A DNA stretch of 64,000 nucleotides from Promethearchaeota archaeon (GTDB lineage: Archaea; Asgardarchaeota; Lokiarchaeia; Sigyniarchaeales; SOKP01), in NCBI GenBank assembly GCA_016839555.1, contig JAEOUA010000011.1, positions 160,001 through 224,000 on the forward strand, given 5' to 3'. The notes beneath the pieces were generated by a model. That model saw only the letters and a list, made by a program, of their open reading frames with translations. It searched no databases and was not told the DNA's origin. The translations under genes were made by a program, and so were the position numbers. This document shows, one piece after another, positions 1 to 9,815 of this stretch; position 1 is the stretch's first letter; each line of letters begins with the position of its first letter.

Positions 1-1
1 T

Positions 2-403
2 CATCAAATAGATTCCCTTAAAAAGGATACATTAGCCGAATATTTTTTGTTTAATCGCCCTGATGGCTTATTAATCACTTCTACTATAGGTAAATTTGAA
101 TCTAAACCACTAGAGTTTATGAAATTTGAAATCGGAACTCTTGATTCCAATATATATAAAATCTATAAACTGATTTTGGAATTGAAGGGGATAACAAATA
201 TTTCACCGCTTAATCTTTCCACAATCATTTATCAAAGTGAAAATTCTTATATATTGATGAAAGATATTGCCAATGATGCTATTTTATTAGCTTTAACAAA
301 GACTAAAGATGAAAATGCCTTTTTTGAGGTAATGAAAAAACTAAATAGTGAAGAATTCCAAAATTTAGCAAATTTGTTGCAGGAGAAAATAGTTAATTTT
401 TAA
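2..403 (+). CDS. 5'-truncated protein; C-terminal Roadblock/longin-like domain (possibly the tail of a small-GTPase fusion)
   Basis: Frame is open from position 2 (HQIDSLKKDTLAEYFLFNRPDGLLITST...), so the gene begins before the window. The hydrophobic strand followed by DGLLI resembles Roadblock/LC7 domains. Confidence 0.45.
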   Translation, partial: HQIDSLKKDTLAEYFLFNRPDGLLITSTIGKFESKPLEFMKFEIGTLDSNIYKIYKLILELKGITNISPLNLSTIIYQSENSYILMKDIANDAILLALTKTKDENAFFEVMKKLNSEEFQNLANLLQEKIVNF

Positions 404-523
404 AAAATATCATCTCTATAATCGAAAATAACTATACAATATATAAGAAAGATAAACCATAAAAAATAATATGAAATATGAATTAAGAAAAAAAGGTTTG
501 TGAAATAGAACTATTTTTTTTGG

Positions 524-1363
524 CTATTTTTCCTTTTCATGCAGCTTGACTTTTGTTAAAAGGTGTTGATATTTATGATGAGGTGTTCTACGGACCGTAT
601 CATTGGATTTTTCTATTTCTCTTGCAATTTGACATAAATCTGCAGCAGTTTTCATCATTTCGTGTGCAGCAGCCAGTTGTGGCATATATCGTTCACGTTC
701 CTTCATTGCGAAGCAGGCCTTTCCTGTAATTTTTGAAACATTTGCTGCGATTTCAAATGCAGCGATTGCTTTTGCTCGAGCATAAGGATTCGAAAAATGT
801 GCTCTCTCAGTAGCCATTTCCGCATCAATTATAATCTGTGGGAGAGTTGGTGTTCTTCCATCCAACATATCTATTATAACTTTGTTTAATTCTTCTACAA
901 TAACTTGTAATACTCCAGTTCCTGCTAAAACTCGCAATAAGTTGGAATTAAAAAAGCTCATTTCAATAGGGTCTAGAAAAGGTCGGCGAGCACCAATCAT
1001 ACTATCACACTCTACAATTATATATCCTAATCCTTTTTCCTTGATTTCATCAATCGCTTTTTTAGTGGGGGCATCCGAAATTACTATGGCTGGAATATTT
1101 CCAACTAATTCTCTAGCTCTCATAGGTCCTTTTAAAGCGGCATTAGGAGAACTCATTAAAATTAGTTCGGGTTTAAACTCTAATAATTTATTCATTGTCT
1201 CAATGCACTCTTCAGGTGGGTGCATTTTTGGTCCTGATGTTACTTCTCTAAATGAAAGGCGTTCTGCTTCAGCCCTTTCATCTATTAGAAAAGAAAGTAG
1301 TAGAGAGCTTCCGATAGTGCCGTTTTTCAAGACACCTATCTTTAGGACTTTCTCTTGACTCAT
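524..1363 (-). CDS. mtd: F420-dependent methylene-H4MPT dehydrogenase
   Basis: KNGTIGSS..LIDERA, SPNAALKGP, DSMIGARRPFLDPIEMSFFN, FSNPYARAKA and AAAHEMM are Mtd motifs; 279 aa. Confidence 0.95.
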   Translation of the reverse strand: MSQEKVLKIGVLKNGTIGSSLLLSFLIDERAEAERLSFREVTSGPKMHPPEECIETMNKLLEFKPELILMSSPNAALKGPMRARELVGNIPAIVISDAPTKKAIDEIKEKGLGYIIVECDSMIGARRPFLDPIEMSFFNSNLLRVLAGTGVLQVIVEELNKVIIDMLDGRTPTLPQIIIDAEMATERAHFSNPYARAKAIAAFEIAANVSKITGKACFAMKERERYMPQLAAAHEMMKTAADLCQIAREIEKSNDTVRRTPHHKYQHLLTKVKLHEKEK

Positions 1364-1588
1364 ATTTTATTTTCACTTATTTTAAACTTATGTTCACTTA
1401 TTTTAGATTAAATTTTATAATCACTGATTATTAAATAAGATTTTTAGAGTTTTTTTATTTTTAAATGGGAATGATCTAAAAAGATAATAGATTTTCACTT
1501 TCTCAAATAAAAACTTTAAAATACAAAAAACTTTACATTAAATTATCTTAAAATTATAAATAAAAATATTTGAAAGATGTGATAAAAT

Positions 1589-2497
1589 ATGGAATTAAAC
1601 GGTGTTGAGATTGAAGATACCTTTTGTGAAGCATTTGGATCCTATTTCTCACGAATTATTGTCACAGCAACTGATAAGAAGTGGCTTGATATATGTAGTA
1701 ATGAAGCAACGGGCTACGGAACCTCAACAATCCATTGTGATTCTGAAGCTGCGATGGATGTCTTTGTATCTCCAGATGAAACCCCAGATGGGAGACCCGG
1801 AGTTGCTATAATGTTTTTCATAAGTGATAAGAAGAAAGTCGATTCAGTAATGTTAAATCGAATAGGTCAATGTATTTTAACCTGTCCAACAACTGCATGT
1901 TTCGATGGAATGAAAGATTCTCTCGATCCAGAAAAAGAATTTGAAATAAAAACAGGATATAAATTAAAATTTTTTGGGGACAAATTTGAGGAAAAATTAG
2001 AGGGTAAATTCCCTTTTGAAGCTTGGAAAATCCCCGTTATGGATGGTGAATTCATAGTTCAGAGTAATTTAAAAGTTGGAAAGGGCATTGCAGGTGGAAA
2101 TTTCTTGATTATGGGAAAAAATCAATCCTCTGCTTTAACTGCAGCAGAGAAAGCCATTAGTGCAATAAAGGATATCCCAAATGTAATTGCTCCATTCCCT
2201 GGTGGTGTTGCTCGGTCTGGTTCAAAAGTTGGTTCAAAATATGATTTCTTGGGAGCATCTACTAATGATCCTTTATGTCCAACTTTGAGAACCAAGATTG
2301 ATAATTCTTTATTAAAAGAAGGAGAAAATTGCGTTTACGAAGTTATTTTAGATGGTGCCACGGAAAAAGCTATTAAAAGCGCCATTAAACTCGGTATTAA
2401 AGCTGCTGTCGAAGTTCCAGGGGTTATGAGGATTTCTGCTGGAAATTATGGCGGAAAATTGGGTAAGTATCAATATAATTTACATGATCTTTTGTAA
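1589..2497 (+). CDS. ftr: Formylmethanofuran:H4MPT formyltransferase
   Basis: NGVEIEDTFCEAF, ETPDGRPG, RIGQCILTCPTTACF, GIAGGNF, RSGSKVGSKY and ISAGNYGGKLG are Ftr motifs. Confidence 0.97.
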   Translation: MELNGVEIEDTFCEAFGSYFSRIIVTATDKKWLDICSNEATGYGTSTIHCDSEAAMDVFVSPDETPDGRPGVAIMFFISDKKKVDSVMLNRIGQCILTCPTTACFDGMKDSLDPEKEFEIKTGYKLKFFGDKFEEKLEGKFPFEAWKIPVMDGEFIVQSNLKVGKGIAGGNFLIMGKNQSSALTAAEKAISAIKDIPNVIAPFPGGVARSGSKVGSKYDFLGASTNDPLCPTLRTKIDNSLLKEGENCVYEVILDGATEKAIKSAIKLGIKAAVEVPGVMRISAGNYGGKLGKYQYNLHDLL

Positions 2498-2594
2498 AAA
2501 TTACACATCATACAAAAACTAGATTAAAAATTCAGAGAATAAATAATTTTAGAGAAAAACTTATTTTTTTCTTTTATCATTACTATTTATTTTT

Positions 2595-4259
2595 TTACAA
2601 TTTTCTTTTTATTTTACGTTTTGTTGGTTTCTTTTCTTCTTTTTCTTCTTCTTTCTTCTCAGCTTCTTCTTTGGGTTTTTCTGCTTTTCTTTTAATCTTT
2701 TGTGGAGCTTTTTCAGAAATGGGTTCTTCTCTAGATGGTTCTTTAATTTTTCTCCTTGATTTTAGCAATTTATAGCCGAGTGCGAACCCGATTAAAAGCC
2801 CAGCAACTATGCCAATAATTAAGGTTATCCAAGGCATAATATTTTCAAGAGTATTTGCAATAATTTTGATCTGTTGAGGTGCTAATCCATAATCAGAAGT
2901 TAAATTTATGGTGCTTCCATCTGAATCTGTTGCTGAAATAAATACATACCACACGCCTGATTCTAATTCAGCAGAATTAATAGAAAGTACTTGATTTACT
3001 GTAGATATAATAAAAAATTTATATTCATCACTTATCAGGGTGACGGTAATATATTCAATATTGTTATCTTTATCTCTTATATCAAAAGCAAAGATAATAT
3101 CTTCTCCATAATCGATGGAAATGGTTTCAGTAGGTAGCTTTCCATTAATTAAATATAAATTAAATTGAGGCGGATTATTTTTTACTTCTATATCAGAAAA
3201 ATAGGATGTGGCGCCTCCATTTAGGTCTATAGCAGTTATATTTATTTTATATATACCTATTGGAGAATTTATACCAATGTGAAAATCCGTTGAAAAATTA
3301 TTCCCTATATTAGAAAGTGGATATTGAATTTTATTTGTCCCGAAGAGATCAGTTAGAGTCATTATTACACTTAAATTAGCTGGGTTATCATCCTCTATAT
3401 CAGTAACATTTAGAGAGACTCTGCAATTATTAACATTTGAACGAAAGATCTCTAAAGAGGAGAATTTAATTGTTGATTCTATTATCTGAGGATTATGATT
3501 TAAAATTTGGAATGGAAAATATGTAGCATTAACTTTTCCAGTGGATTCGTCAGTTAGATTCACCTTTATATAGTAAACTTTATTAAGTTCTCCAAAAAGA
3601 GATTCATCAGCTGTAATATTAAACCATTCTATATTGTTCCCAATAAATTTTAAATTAGTTTGAGCTTGCTCATTTGTACTATCTACAATCGCAACATTAT
3701 ATATGAAATTATGTTCAGTCGTATTTTTAATAGTTAGGGATATAGATAATAAATCTCCAATATAAAGCTCGTCTTTAAGAAAATCTGCACTATAGTAATT
3801 TGATTTCACTATGAAAGTTGTTTCTGTTTTATTATTATTTAACAAAGAATCAGTATCATCATAGATTTGAAAATAGATACTATGAATGCCTGTTGGAATA
3901 TTATAAGGAGCAGTATAATTATAGGTAAAATTAGCTTGTACAGTATGAGTCATATTATCAATAAAAGAGCTTCCATCAGCATAAATAAATAGAATTTCTG
4001 TATAATTTGCAAAATAATATTGGCTGGTGTTAACATCTATCTTTATGGTATCAAATAAGGTGATAATTTCTGTATCATTTAAGTAGATATCCGTTGAATT
4101 AAGCGCCCCATAAGAGGATTTTATTAATGGATTTTTAGTATTATAATTATAAGGTAAATTTTTAGTGTTATTCTTTTGATATATTTGGCTAATAATTACT
4201 AACCCTATTATTGACAAAATAAACACTGAATAAATTAAATATTTATTTGCTTTTCTCAT
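2595..4259 (-). CDS. Membrane-anchored surface protein with repeated Ig-like beta-sandwich domains
   Basis: N-terminal hydrophobic segment; Asn-rich beta domains with many N-x-S/T sites; repeated NHNPQI/NNPPQF...D-D units; C-terminal TM helix followed by a Lys/Glu-rich tail. Confidence 0.7.
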   Translation of the reverse strand: MRKANKYLIYSVFILSIIGLVIISQIYQKNNTKNLPYNYNTKNPLIKSSYGALNSTDIYLNDTEIITLFDTIKIDVNTSQYYFANYTEILFIYADGSSFIDNMTHTVQANFTYNYTAPYNIPTGIHSIYFQIYDDTDSLLNNNKTETTFIVKSNYYSADFLKDELYIGDLLSISLTIKNTTEHNFIYNVAIVDSTNEQAQTNLKFIGNNIEWFNITADESLFGELNKVYYIKVNLTDESTGKVNATYFPFQILNHNPQIIESTIKFSSLEIFRSNVNNCRVSLNVTDIEDDNPANLSVIMTLTDLFGTNKIQYPLSNIGNNFSTDFHIGINSPIGIYKINITAIDLNGGATSYFSDIEVKNNPPQFNLYLINGKLPTETISIDYGEDIIFAFDIRDKDNNIEYITVTLISDEYKFFIISTVNQVLSINSAELESGVWYVFISATDSDGSTINLTSDYGLAPQQIKIIANTLENIMPWITLIIGIVAGLLIGFALGYKLLKSRRKIKEPSREEPISEKAPQKIKRKAEKPKEEAEKKEEEKEEKKPTKRKIKRKL

Positions 4260-4265
4260 GATTTT

Positions 4266-6959
4266 TTATCTTTTTAGACGGTCAGTTTTTAATTTTTTAT
4301 TCTGAAAATAAATTACAATAGCAATGGGTATTAAAATGGGTAAGATATAAAAAAGTACTAGATTCATTATAGATATTAGAATTTGAGTTTTAAAAAAGAA
4401 TCGAAATAGTTCCTTTCCAGAATTATCAAACATGACCAGTTGATAAGTTTTAGTGCTAATATCGTATGGATTTATTATGGGATCAAGATCCACTTCGATT
4501 CTATTTTCACCGGGAACTAATAATCCATAAATTACTTTTCCGTTAATATATAATGCATATACTTCATTAGTTTCTTTATTATTATTTATAGTTAATATAA
4601 ATTGAGCGGATGTACCTTGAGTCACGCTCGATGGATAAAATAAGGTGGAAATTTCGAATGAATTAACGATTTGAATATTAATCGTTTTATTATAATCGGT
4701 TGTATTACTTCGAGATACTATGATGGTTATTTGCATTTCCTCTGTATTTATATTATCTTCAATATTTAAGTTTATTTCTATTAATTTGATTTCATTTGGA
4801 TTTAAATTATATTCTGCTTCAACGGGGGTAATATAATCTCCTGTGATACTCAAATTAAAGGATAAACTTTGATTTTGGAGAAAGTTGGCTATATTCAACG
4901 ATATCTGAGTAATATCTCCTTCAACCACCCGACTATCATATATTAAATTAGTAACTTCTATGGCTGTTTTAATTTCAATTATTTTTGTATAGTCTAAGTA
5001 AATATCACTCCCATTTTTCAAAATAAAATGAAATGTATAATTTCCAGGAAGGGCATTATTTTTTACCGTAAAATTATTCCAAATACTAGTTTCTTGTGAG
5101 GCATTTAATAAGTAAAAACGTGGAGATGTAATTAAGATTGAATCAGCTATTATTGAGAAATTCACCGTCACATTATTATTTCTAGTATTATTAACTAAAA
5201 GGGTTATATTCACATTTACTCCTTGATTGTATTCATTTTCATTTTCTAAACCAGAAATGTATTCGATGCCTGAGCTTACATTGAAATATAAAGTGGTCAA
5301 GGCAAATTTAAAAAAGCTTTTATTCGCTAAAATAGTGATTGAATAATTATTACCAATTAATAGACCAACTGGGAGAGGATACAAGAAGGTATGAGTTCCA
5401 TTTTCATTGGTACTATTATATTTTATTTTTAATATAGTCTCATTAGGATAAGGATATCTAATTATATAAGTTAAATCAGCATTAGGGATACTATAATTTG
5501 CATATGGTGAGGAATACGTATAATTTGTTGTTATATTCAAGGTTTCTTGATCAAAAATAAATTCAGGAATAGAAGCATTTGAATTAAATGAACAAGATAC
5601 TTTAGTATTCTCATAAACTTCTAAAGCTGTTAAATATGCTTCACAAACTCTCAAATTATAAAGAAAATTTTTATCTGTATTTTTAGACATAGTAAAAGTA
5701 TCTAATGAGGTCGAATATGCTTTATTAGTACTGTCATAAAAAGTATTTTCAAGTGTATTATATATATTTAACGCTGAATTGTAATAAGTAATATTTCCAG
5801 AAACCTCAAACAACTTTAAGCACGCTTGCATCATCATAGCATTAGATTTTACATCAATCAAATCATCATGACTTCCCCAATTTGAATTAGATTGATTTAG
5901 ATATGCTCCATAAGTTCCATCAAATAAAGTCGTGTTTATTTTATTAAAAATCAGAGTGGCATTATTTAAATACTCTGATTTATTGCTTACTTTCCAATAT
6001 TCAATTAAAGTAATAATTCCTAAGGCATTTGTTTCTAAATATTTGTTATTATTATCTGAACTTAAATCATTTTTAAGACTGTAGAAATATCCTTTATCAG
6101 AGGGATCCCAAAATTTCGCTGTCAATGTTTCCATTGTTTTATTAGCTAGATTTCCCGCATCGTTTTTATATTGATCGTCAATATTTTCTGTTTGATTTAA
6201 TAAAAGGTTTGCTAAAACGGCGTATAAATTATCTATAGCATACACATTACCATTTGAAGAATTATAGTTAAGAAAATTATTATTACTTTCATTCCAAAAC
6301 TGATTTGAACTAATAAGGTCAAATGCTTCGTAAATATTATTACGATATGTGCCTCCTGGACTATCTGGTATATTCTCTACTAATAGAAATATCGGCATTA
6401 AGTTATCTATTAAATTCCTCCGATAATTATTTACATCTTTTGTACTATTGTCTAGGGAATCCAAAAATCCATATTTATATCCTCCATTATCATACCATAA
6501 ATCAGTATCCTTTAAATCTAAATAGATACTAAGAATCTCGGAAGCACTATATTCATTTATATGCTTTAATAAAGTATTATACAAAAGTAAATTATCCAAA
6601 GAATACACTAAGTCATTCAGAATTGTTCCATCTTCATCTCCCAATCTAAAGTAGGTAGCAATATCAAAATTAAAATCGGAAGTATAATTTGTTTCAAAAA
6701 AAGTCCAAATATCGGTAAAATTTACTGTATATGGATCTTGTAATAATGAAATATCAATACCTTGAGATTGAGGGTTTTTAGCGGAATTATCTCCTTTTAG
6801 ATTTGGAAAGTTTAAGGGTTTGTTGGATTCAAACAAAAGATTTGAACTAAGGAGAAAAAAATTTAGAATAAGGAAGAAAATCAATAAAGCTCCGATAAAT
6901 ATCCTTTTCCTATTTGCTTTACATGTTTTTGATGAAAATAGTGAATTTCTTTTAATCAT
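4266..6959 (-). CDS. Membrane-anchored secreted protein with an (alpha/alpha)6 six-hairpin glycosidase-like domain (GH76/AGE-like) plus Ig-like domains
   Basis: Signal anchor; repeated helix-hairpin motifs (AIDNLYAVLA, KFWDPSDKGYF, YLETNALGII, SNAMMMQACLKLFEVSGNITYY); beta-rich stalk; C-terminal TM helix. Confidence 0.65.
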   Translation of the reverse strand: MIKRNSLFSSKTCKANRKRIFIGALLIFFLILNFFLLSSNLLFESNKPLNFPNLKGDNSAKNPQSQGIDISLLQDPYTVNFTDIWTFFETNYTSDFNFDIATYFRLGDEDGTILNDLVYSLDNLLLYNTLLKHINEYSASEILSIYLDLKDTDLWYDNGGYKYGFLDSLDNSTKDVNNYRRNLIDNLMPIFLLVENIPDSPGGTYRNNIYEAFDLISSNQFWNESNNNFLNYNSSNGNVYAIDNLYAVLANLLLNQTENIDDQYKNDAGNLANKTMETLTAKFWDPSDKGYFYSLKNDLSSDNNNKYLETNALGIITLIEYWKVSNKSEYLNNATLIFNKINTTLFDGTYGAYLNQSNSNWGSHDDLIDVKSNAMMMQACLKLFEVSGNITYYNSALNIYNTLENTFYDSTNKAYSTSLDTFTMSKNTDKNFLYNLRVCEAYLTALEVYENTKVSCSFNSNASIPEFIFDQETLNITTNYTYSSPYANYSIPNADLTYIIRYPYPNETILKIKYNSTNENGTHTFLYPLPVGLLIGNNYSITILANKSFFKFALTTLYFNVSSGIEYISGLENENEYNQGVNVNITLLVNNTRNNNVTVNFSIIADSILITSPRFYLLNASQETSIWNNFTVKNNALPGNYTFHFILKNGSDIYLDYTKIIEIKTAIEVTNLIYDSRVVEGDITQISLNIANFLQNQSLSFNLSITGDYITPVEAEYNLNPNEIKLIEINLNIEDNINTEEMQITIIVSRSNTTDYNKTINIQIVNSFEISTLFYPSSVTQGTSAQFILTINNNKETNEVYALYINGKVIYGLLVPGENRIEVDLDPIINPYDISTKTYQLVMFDNSGKELFRFFFKTQILISIMNLVLFYILPILIPIAIVIYFQNKKLKTDRLKR

Positions 6960-7091
6960 CTATCTTAAAATTTATATAATAATAGATATATTTCAGAGAT
7001 ATTATATCTTTAAAAAATTCTTCTCTTTAAAATTTTTTTAAATAATATCTAAAAACGAAGGGAATGGTATAAAGAGATTTTTACAAATGTG

Positions 7092-8594
7092 TTAAATTTT
7101 ACTTTTCTCTAACTTCTTTTTAATAAGTTCAGGAATTTCGGAAATTTTTACTCGTATCTGATCCATTGAATCTCGGTCTCTAATTGTCGCACTATCATCT
7201 TCTAAGGAATCATAATCGATAGTCACACAAAATGGAGTACCGAGCTCATCTTGTCTTCTATATCTTTTACCAATTGATCCTGATTCATCATAAAAGGAGT
7301 TAATTAACCTATTCTGAAGGTTTTGATGGAGATTTAAGGCGAGATTTCTTATTGCCTCTTTATTTTTCACCAAAGGGAATACAGCAACTGTATTTGGTGC
7401 AAGAAAATTGTTTAATTGTAAATTAATTCTGCCATCTTCCACCATAAAGGTTGTTTCAAGTAATGTATAAATAATACGATCGTTTCCAAACGCTGTTTCA
7501 AGAATTTGAGGTATTTCTTTTTCTTGGGAATCTGAATCCATCGCAACCTCAAAACTTTGGTTAGAGAATTCTGCATGCCTTCTTAAATCATAATCAGTCC
7601 TATCGTGGATTCCACATATCTCTACCCAATCGAATTGTTCAGTTTTGATCTCCAAATCCCACGCATCATCAGCGTAGTGCGCTCTCTCATTTGGACTATG
7701 CTGGCGGTATCTAATAACATTATTAGAATACCCTAATTTTTTAGTTAAATAGTGAGCGATAAAAAGGCAATAAGCAAATGCTGGTTTTTTAAGAATTTTA
7801 ATTTTTATGGCATCTTTTAAACTAATTAAATTGGGCTTTTCGATATTTTCTTCTTGTACTTTCCAATCCAATAAAGGTAATTGGTTATCTTTAACCTCCT
7901 CGAATGGTTCAAAATTATATTCTTGCTTTTTGCTAATGAACATCTGTATTTCGAACTGATCAAAGGATCTCATTCTTAAGACTCCTTGCCGTGGAGAAAT
8001 TTCATTTCTATAAGCTTTCCCGTATTGAAACACTTTTAGTGGATATTGTCGTCTCATTACTTGGTCTAATCTATTAAATAATAAATATGTGGTTGTTGCG
8101 GTCTCTGGTCTCAAATATACGATTGTATCTGTTCCTACTTTAGTTTCTAGCATTAAATTATATTCCTCAATATTCTCGAATTGACTACCACAACTTGGAC
8201 AAGTAAGATTATTTTCTCTGATAAGATTTTCCATCTCTTTATAAGAAAGACCATCTATCATTTGATTGGGTAATACTTTCTTAAGAAATTTATCTACTCG
8301 ATAAACGGAATTGCATTTTTTACAATTAAGAACAGGATCAATAAATCTTTCTAGATGACCTGATGCCTCCCAAACGATTTCAGGCATAATTGTTGGGCAC
8401 TCAACTTCTCCAAAACCCATTGCTCGTAGTTCTTTTCTAAAAATGGATAAGATATTATTTTTAAGTGCCATTCCTGCCGGTCCATAGGAGTAAAATCCTG
8501 CTAATCCACCATATATTTCTGGAGAGGGCCCCCAAATAAATCCACGACGTTTAAGTAGGCTATTGAATGTTTCTATATTATCTTTAATTTTCAT
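7092..8594 (-). CDS. glyS: Glycine--tRNA ligase (alpha2, archaeal/eukaryotic type)
   Basis: KRRGF..EIYGG, WEASGH, YLRPETA, GKAYRNEISPRQG, AHYADDAWD, GIHDRTDYDL, and anticodon domain SIGKRYRRQDELGTPFCVTID. Confidence 0.97.
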   Translation of the reverse strand: MKIKDNIETFNSLLKRRGFIWGPSPEIYGGLAGFYSYGPAGMALKNNILSIFRKELRAMGFGEVECPTIMPEIVWEASGHLERFIDPVLNCKKCNSVYRVDKFLKKVLPNQMIDGLSYKEMENLIRENNLTCPSCGSQFENIEEYNLMLETKVGTDTIVYLRPETATTTYLLFNRLDQVMRRQYPLKVFQYGKAYRNEISPRQGVLRMRSFDQFEIQMFISKKQEYNFEPFEEVKDNQLPLLDWKVQEENIEKPNLISLKDAIKIKILKKPAFAYCLFIAHYLTKKLGYSNNVIRYRQHSPNERAHYADDAWDLEIKTEQFDWVEICGIHDRTDYDLRRHAEFSNQSFEVAMDSDSQEKEIPQILETAFGNDRIIYTLLETTFMVEDGRINLQLNNFLAPNTVAVFPLVKNKEAIRNLALNLHQNLQNRLINSFYDESGSIGKRYRRQDELGTPFCVTIDYDSLEDDSATIRDRDSMDQIRVKISEIPELIKKKLEKSKI

Positions 8595-8856
8595 ATTTAC
8601 AACTAATTAAGTTTTATTTTTAATAATCAAATTTGCTATTAAAATCTCAATATATGATAAATTAAACCACTTAAGTAAAATTTCCTATAATTTTGAAAAA
8701 ACTAAGAAATCAATTATTTTTCAACATTACTTATTAAAATCCAATAATGATAAATAAAAAATATACGTAAAGATTAAATGCGAAAAAGAAAAGTAAAAAA
8801 TATATATGTATCACTTATATTATTATTATTAAATTATATTGATAACTTGATCAATT

Positions 8857-9684
8857 ATGATTTCTCAAATATTCCAACAAATAAACTTTTTTGAAATGAT
8901 TTATTTTGGGTTTGTTGATTCAATTGAATTAGGATTGTATTTCGTTGTGATTGGTTATTATTTCCTTATTTTCGCCTATTTTTTAATAATGAGGTTTCGC
9001 GTATCGAAAAAATTATATTGGTTATTCTTCTCACTATTATTTCTTATCTTATCAATTTCTAGAGGCTTTTTTATAATTTATTATTTCTATGCCCCAGAAA
9101 CTCATAGTGCGATTTTAATAATGCTTAATTACAGATTGGCCTTATTTTTTACATGGATCGCCATATCATGTTTAATGGGCATGTTGGGGATCTTTCTTTT
9201 TCCCCCAGAAGGTAATTTAGAAAAAAAATCTGTAGATAAAACTAAAGAATACATCAAATATGCTGTTAGATTAGTATTGATTATATCCCCTATTGTTATA
9301 GGGATTGTGGCATTGACCTTGCCAGATAGATTATTAATTGATGTTGAATTCTTAAAACAATTTTTTATTTTCACATCAATTGAGCCATCCACTATAGCAG
9401 GGTATCCCGCTGGACGCTTTATAATAAATTTAATTTTCCAACCACTATTTAACTTTTTAGTACCAATTATGTTTTTCTATTTGGCGAAAAAAACTTTTGG
9501 AGTACTTAGAAGGTCGTATTTGATAAATGGAATTGGTTTTCTTTTATATTACATTGGAAGGCTCTCTTATAGTATTTTTGGTGCTTTAAATTTACCCCAC
9601 ACCCAAGCCATTTTACCTCCTCTGATTATTTTATTATCATTACTCATAATTGTAATCGCAAATAGTTTTGAAGCATTAAAATAA
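8857..9684 (+). CDS. Uncharacterised integral membrane protein with about 7 TM helices
   Basis: Seven hydrophobic segments in 275 aa; no soluble domain. Confidence 0.7.
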   Translation: MISQIFQQINFFEMIYFGFVDSIELGLYFVVIGYYFLIFAYFLIMRFRVSKKLYWLFFSLLFLILSISRGFFIIYYFYAPETHSAILIMLNYRLALFFTWIAISCLMGMLGIFLFPPEGNLEKKSVDKTKEYIKYAVRLVLIISPIVIGIVALTLPDRLLIDVEFLKQFFIFTSIEPSTIAGYPAGRFIINLIFQPLFNFLVPIMFFYLAKKTFGVLRRSYLINGIGFLLYYIGRLSYSIFGALNLPHTQAILPPLIILLSLLIIVIANSFEALK

Positions 9685-9815
9685 ATAGAATTAAAAAAAA
9701 AAAAATTATTAATTTACTTAATATATATAGCATTTTTAACCATGATTATATTAAATTAATGATAATTAATTTTAAATTGTAATATTCCTATAAAATCTAT
9801 ATAGAGGTATAAAAA

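Noticed and set aside
882-1358. 158-aa antisense ORF and the other short ORFs overlapping recognised genes (for example 9129..9392, 35595..35906, 44741..45055, 62193..62396, 63075..63323)
   Set aside because: Shadow frames of well-supported genes, with no recognisable motifs.
524-2497. mtd plus ftr as evidence of methanogenesis
   Set aside because: Both belong to the H4MPT methyl branch that is common in non-methanogenic archaea; no mcr or mtr genes are in the window.
8857-9684. Rhodopsin or GPCR
   Set aside because: No retinal-binding Lys in helix 7 and no GPCR motifs; a count of seven helices is not sufficient.
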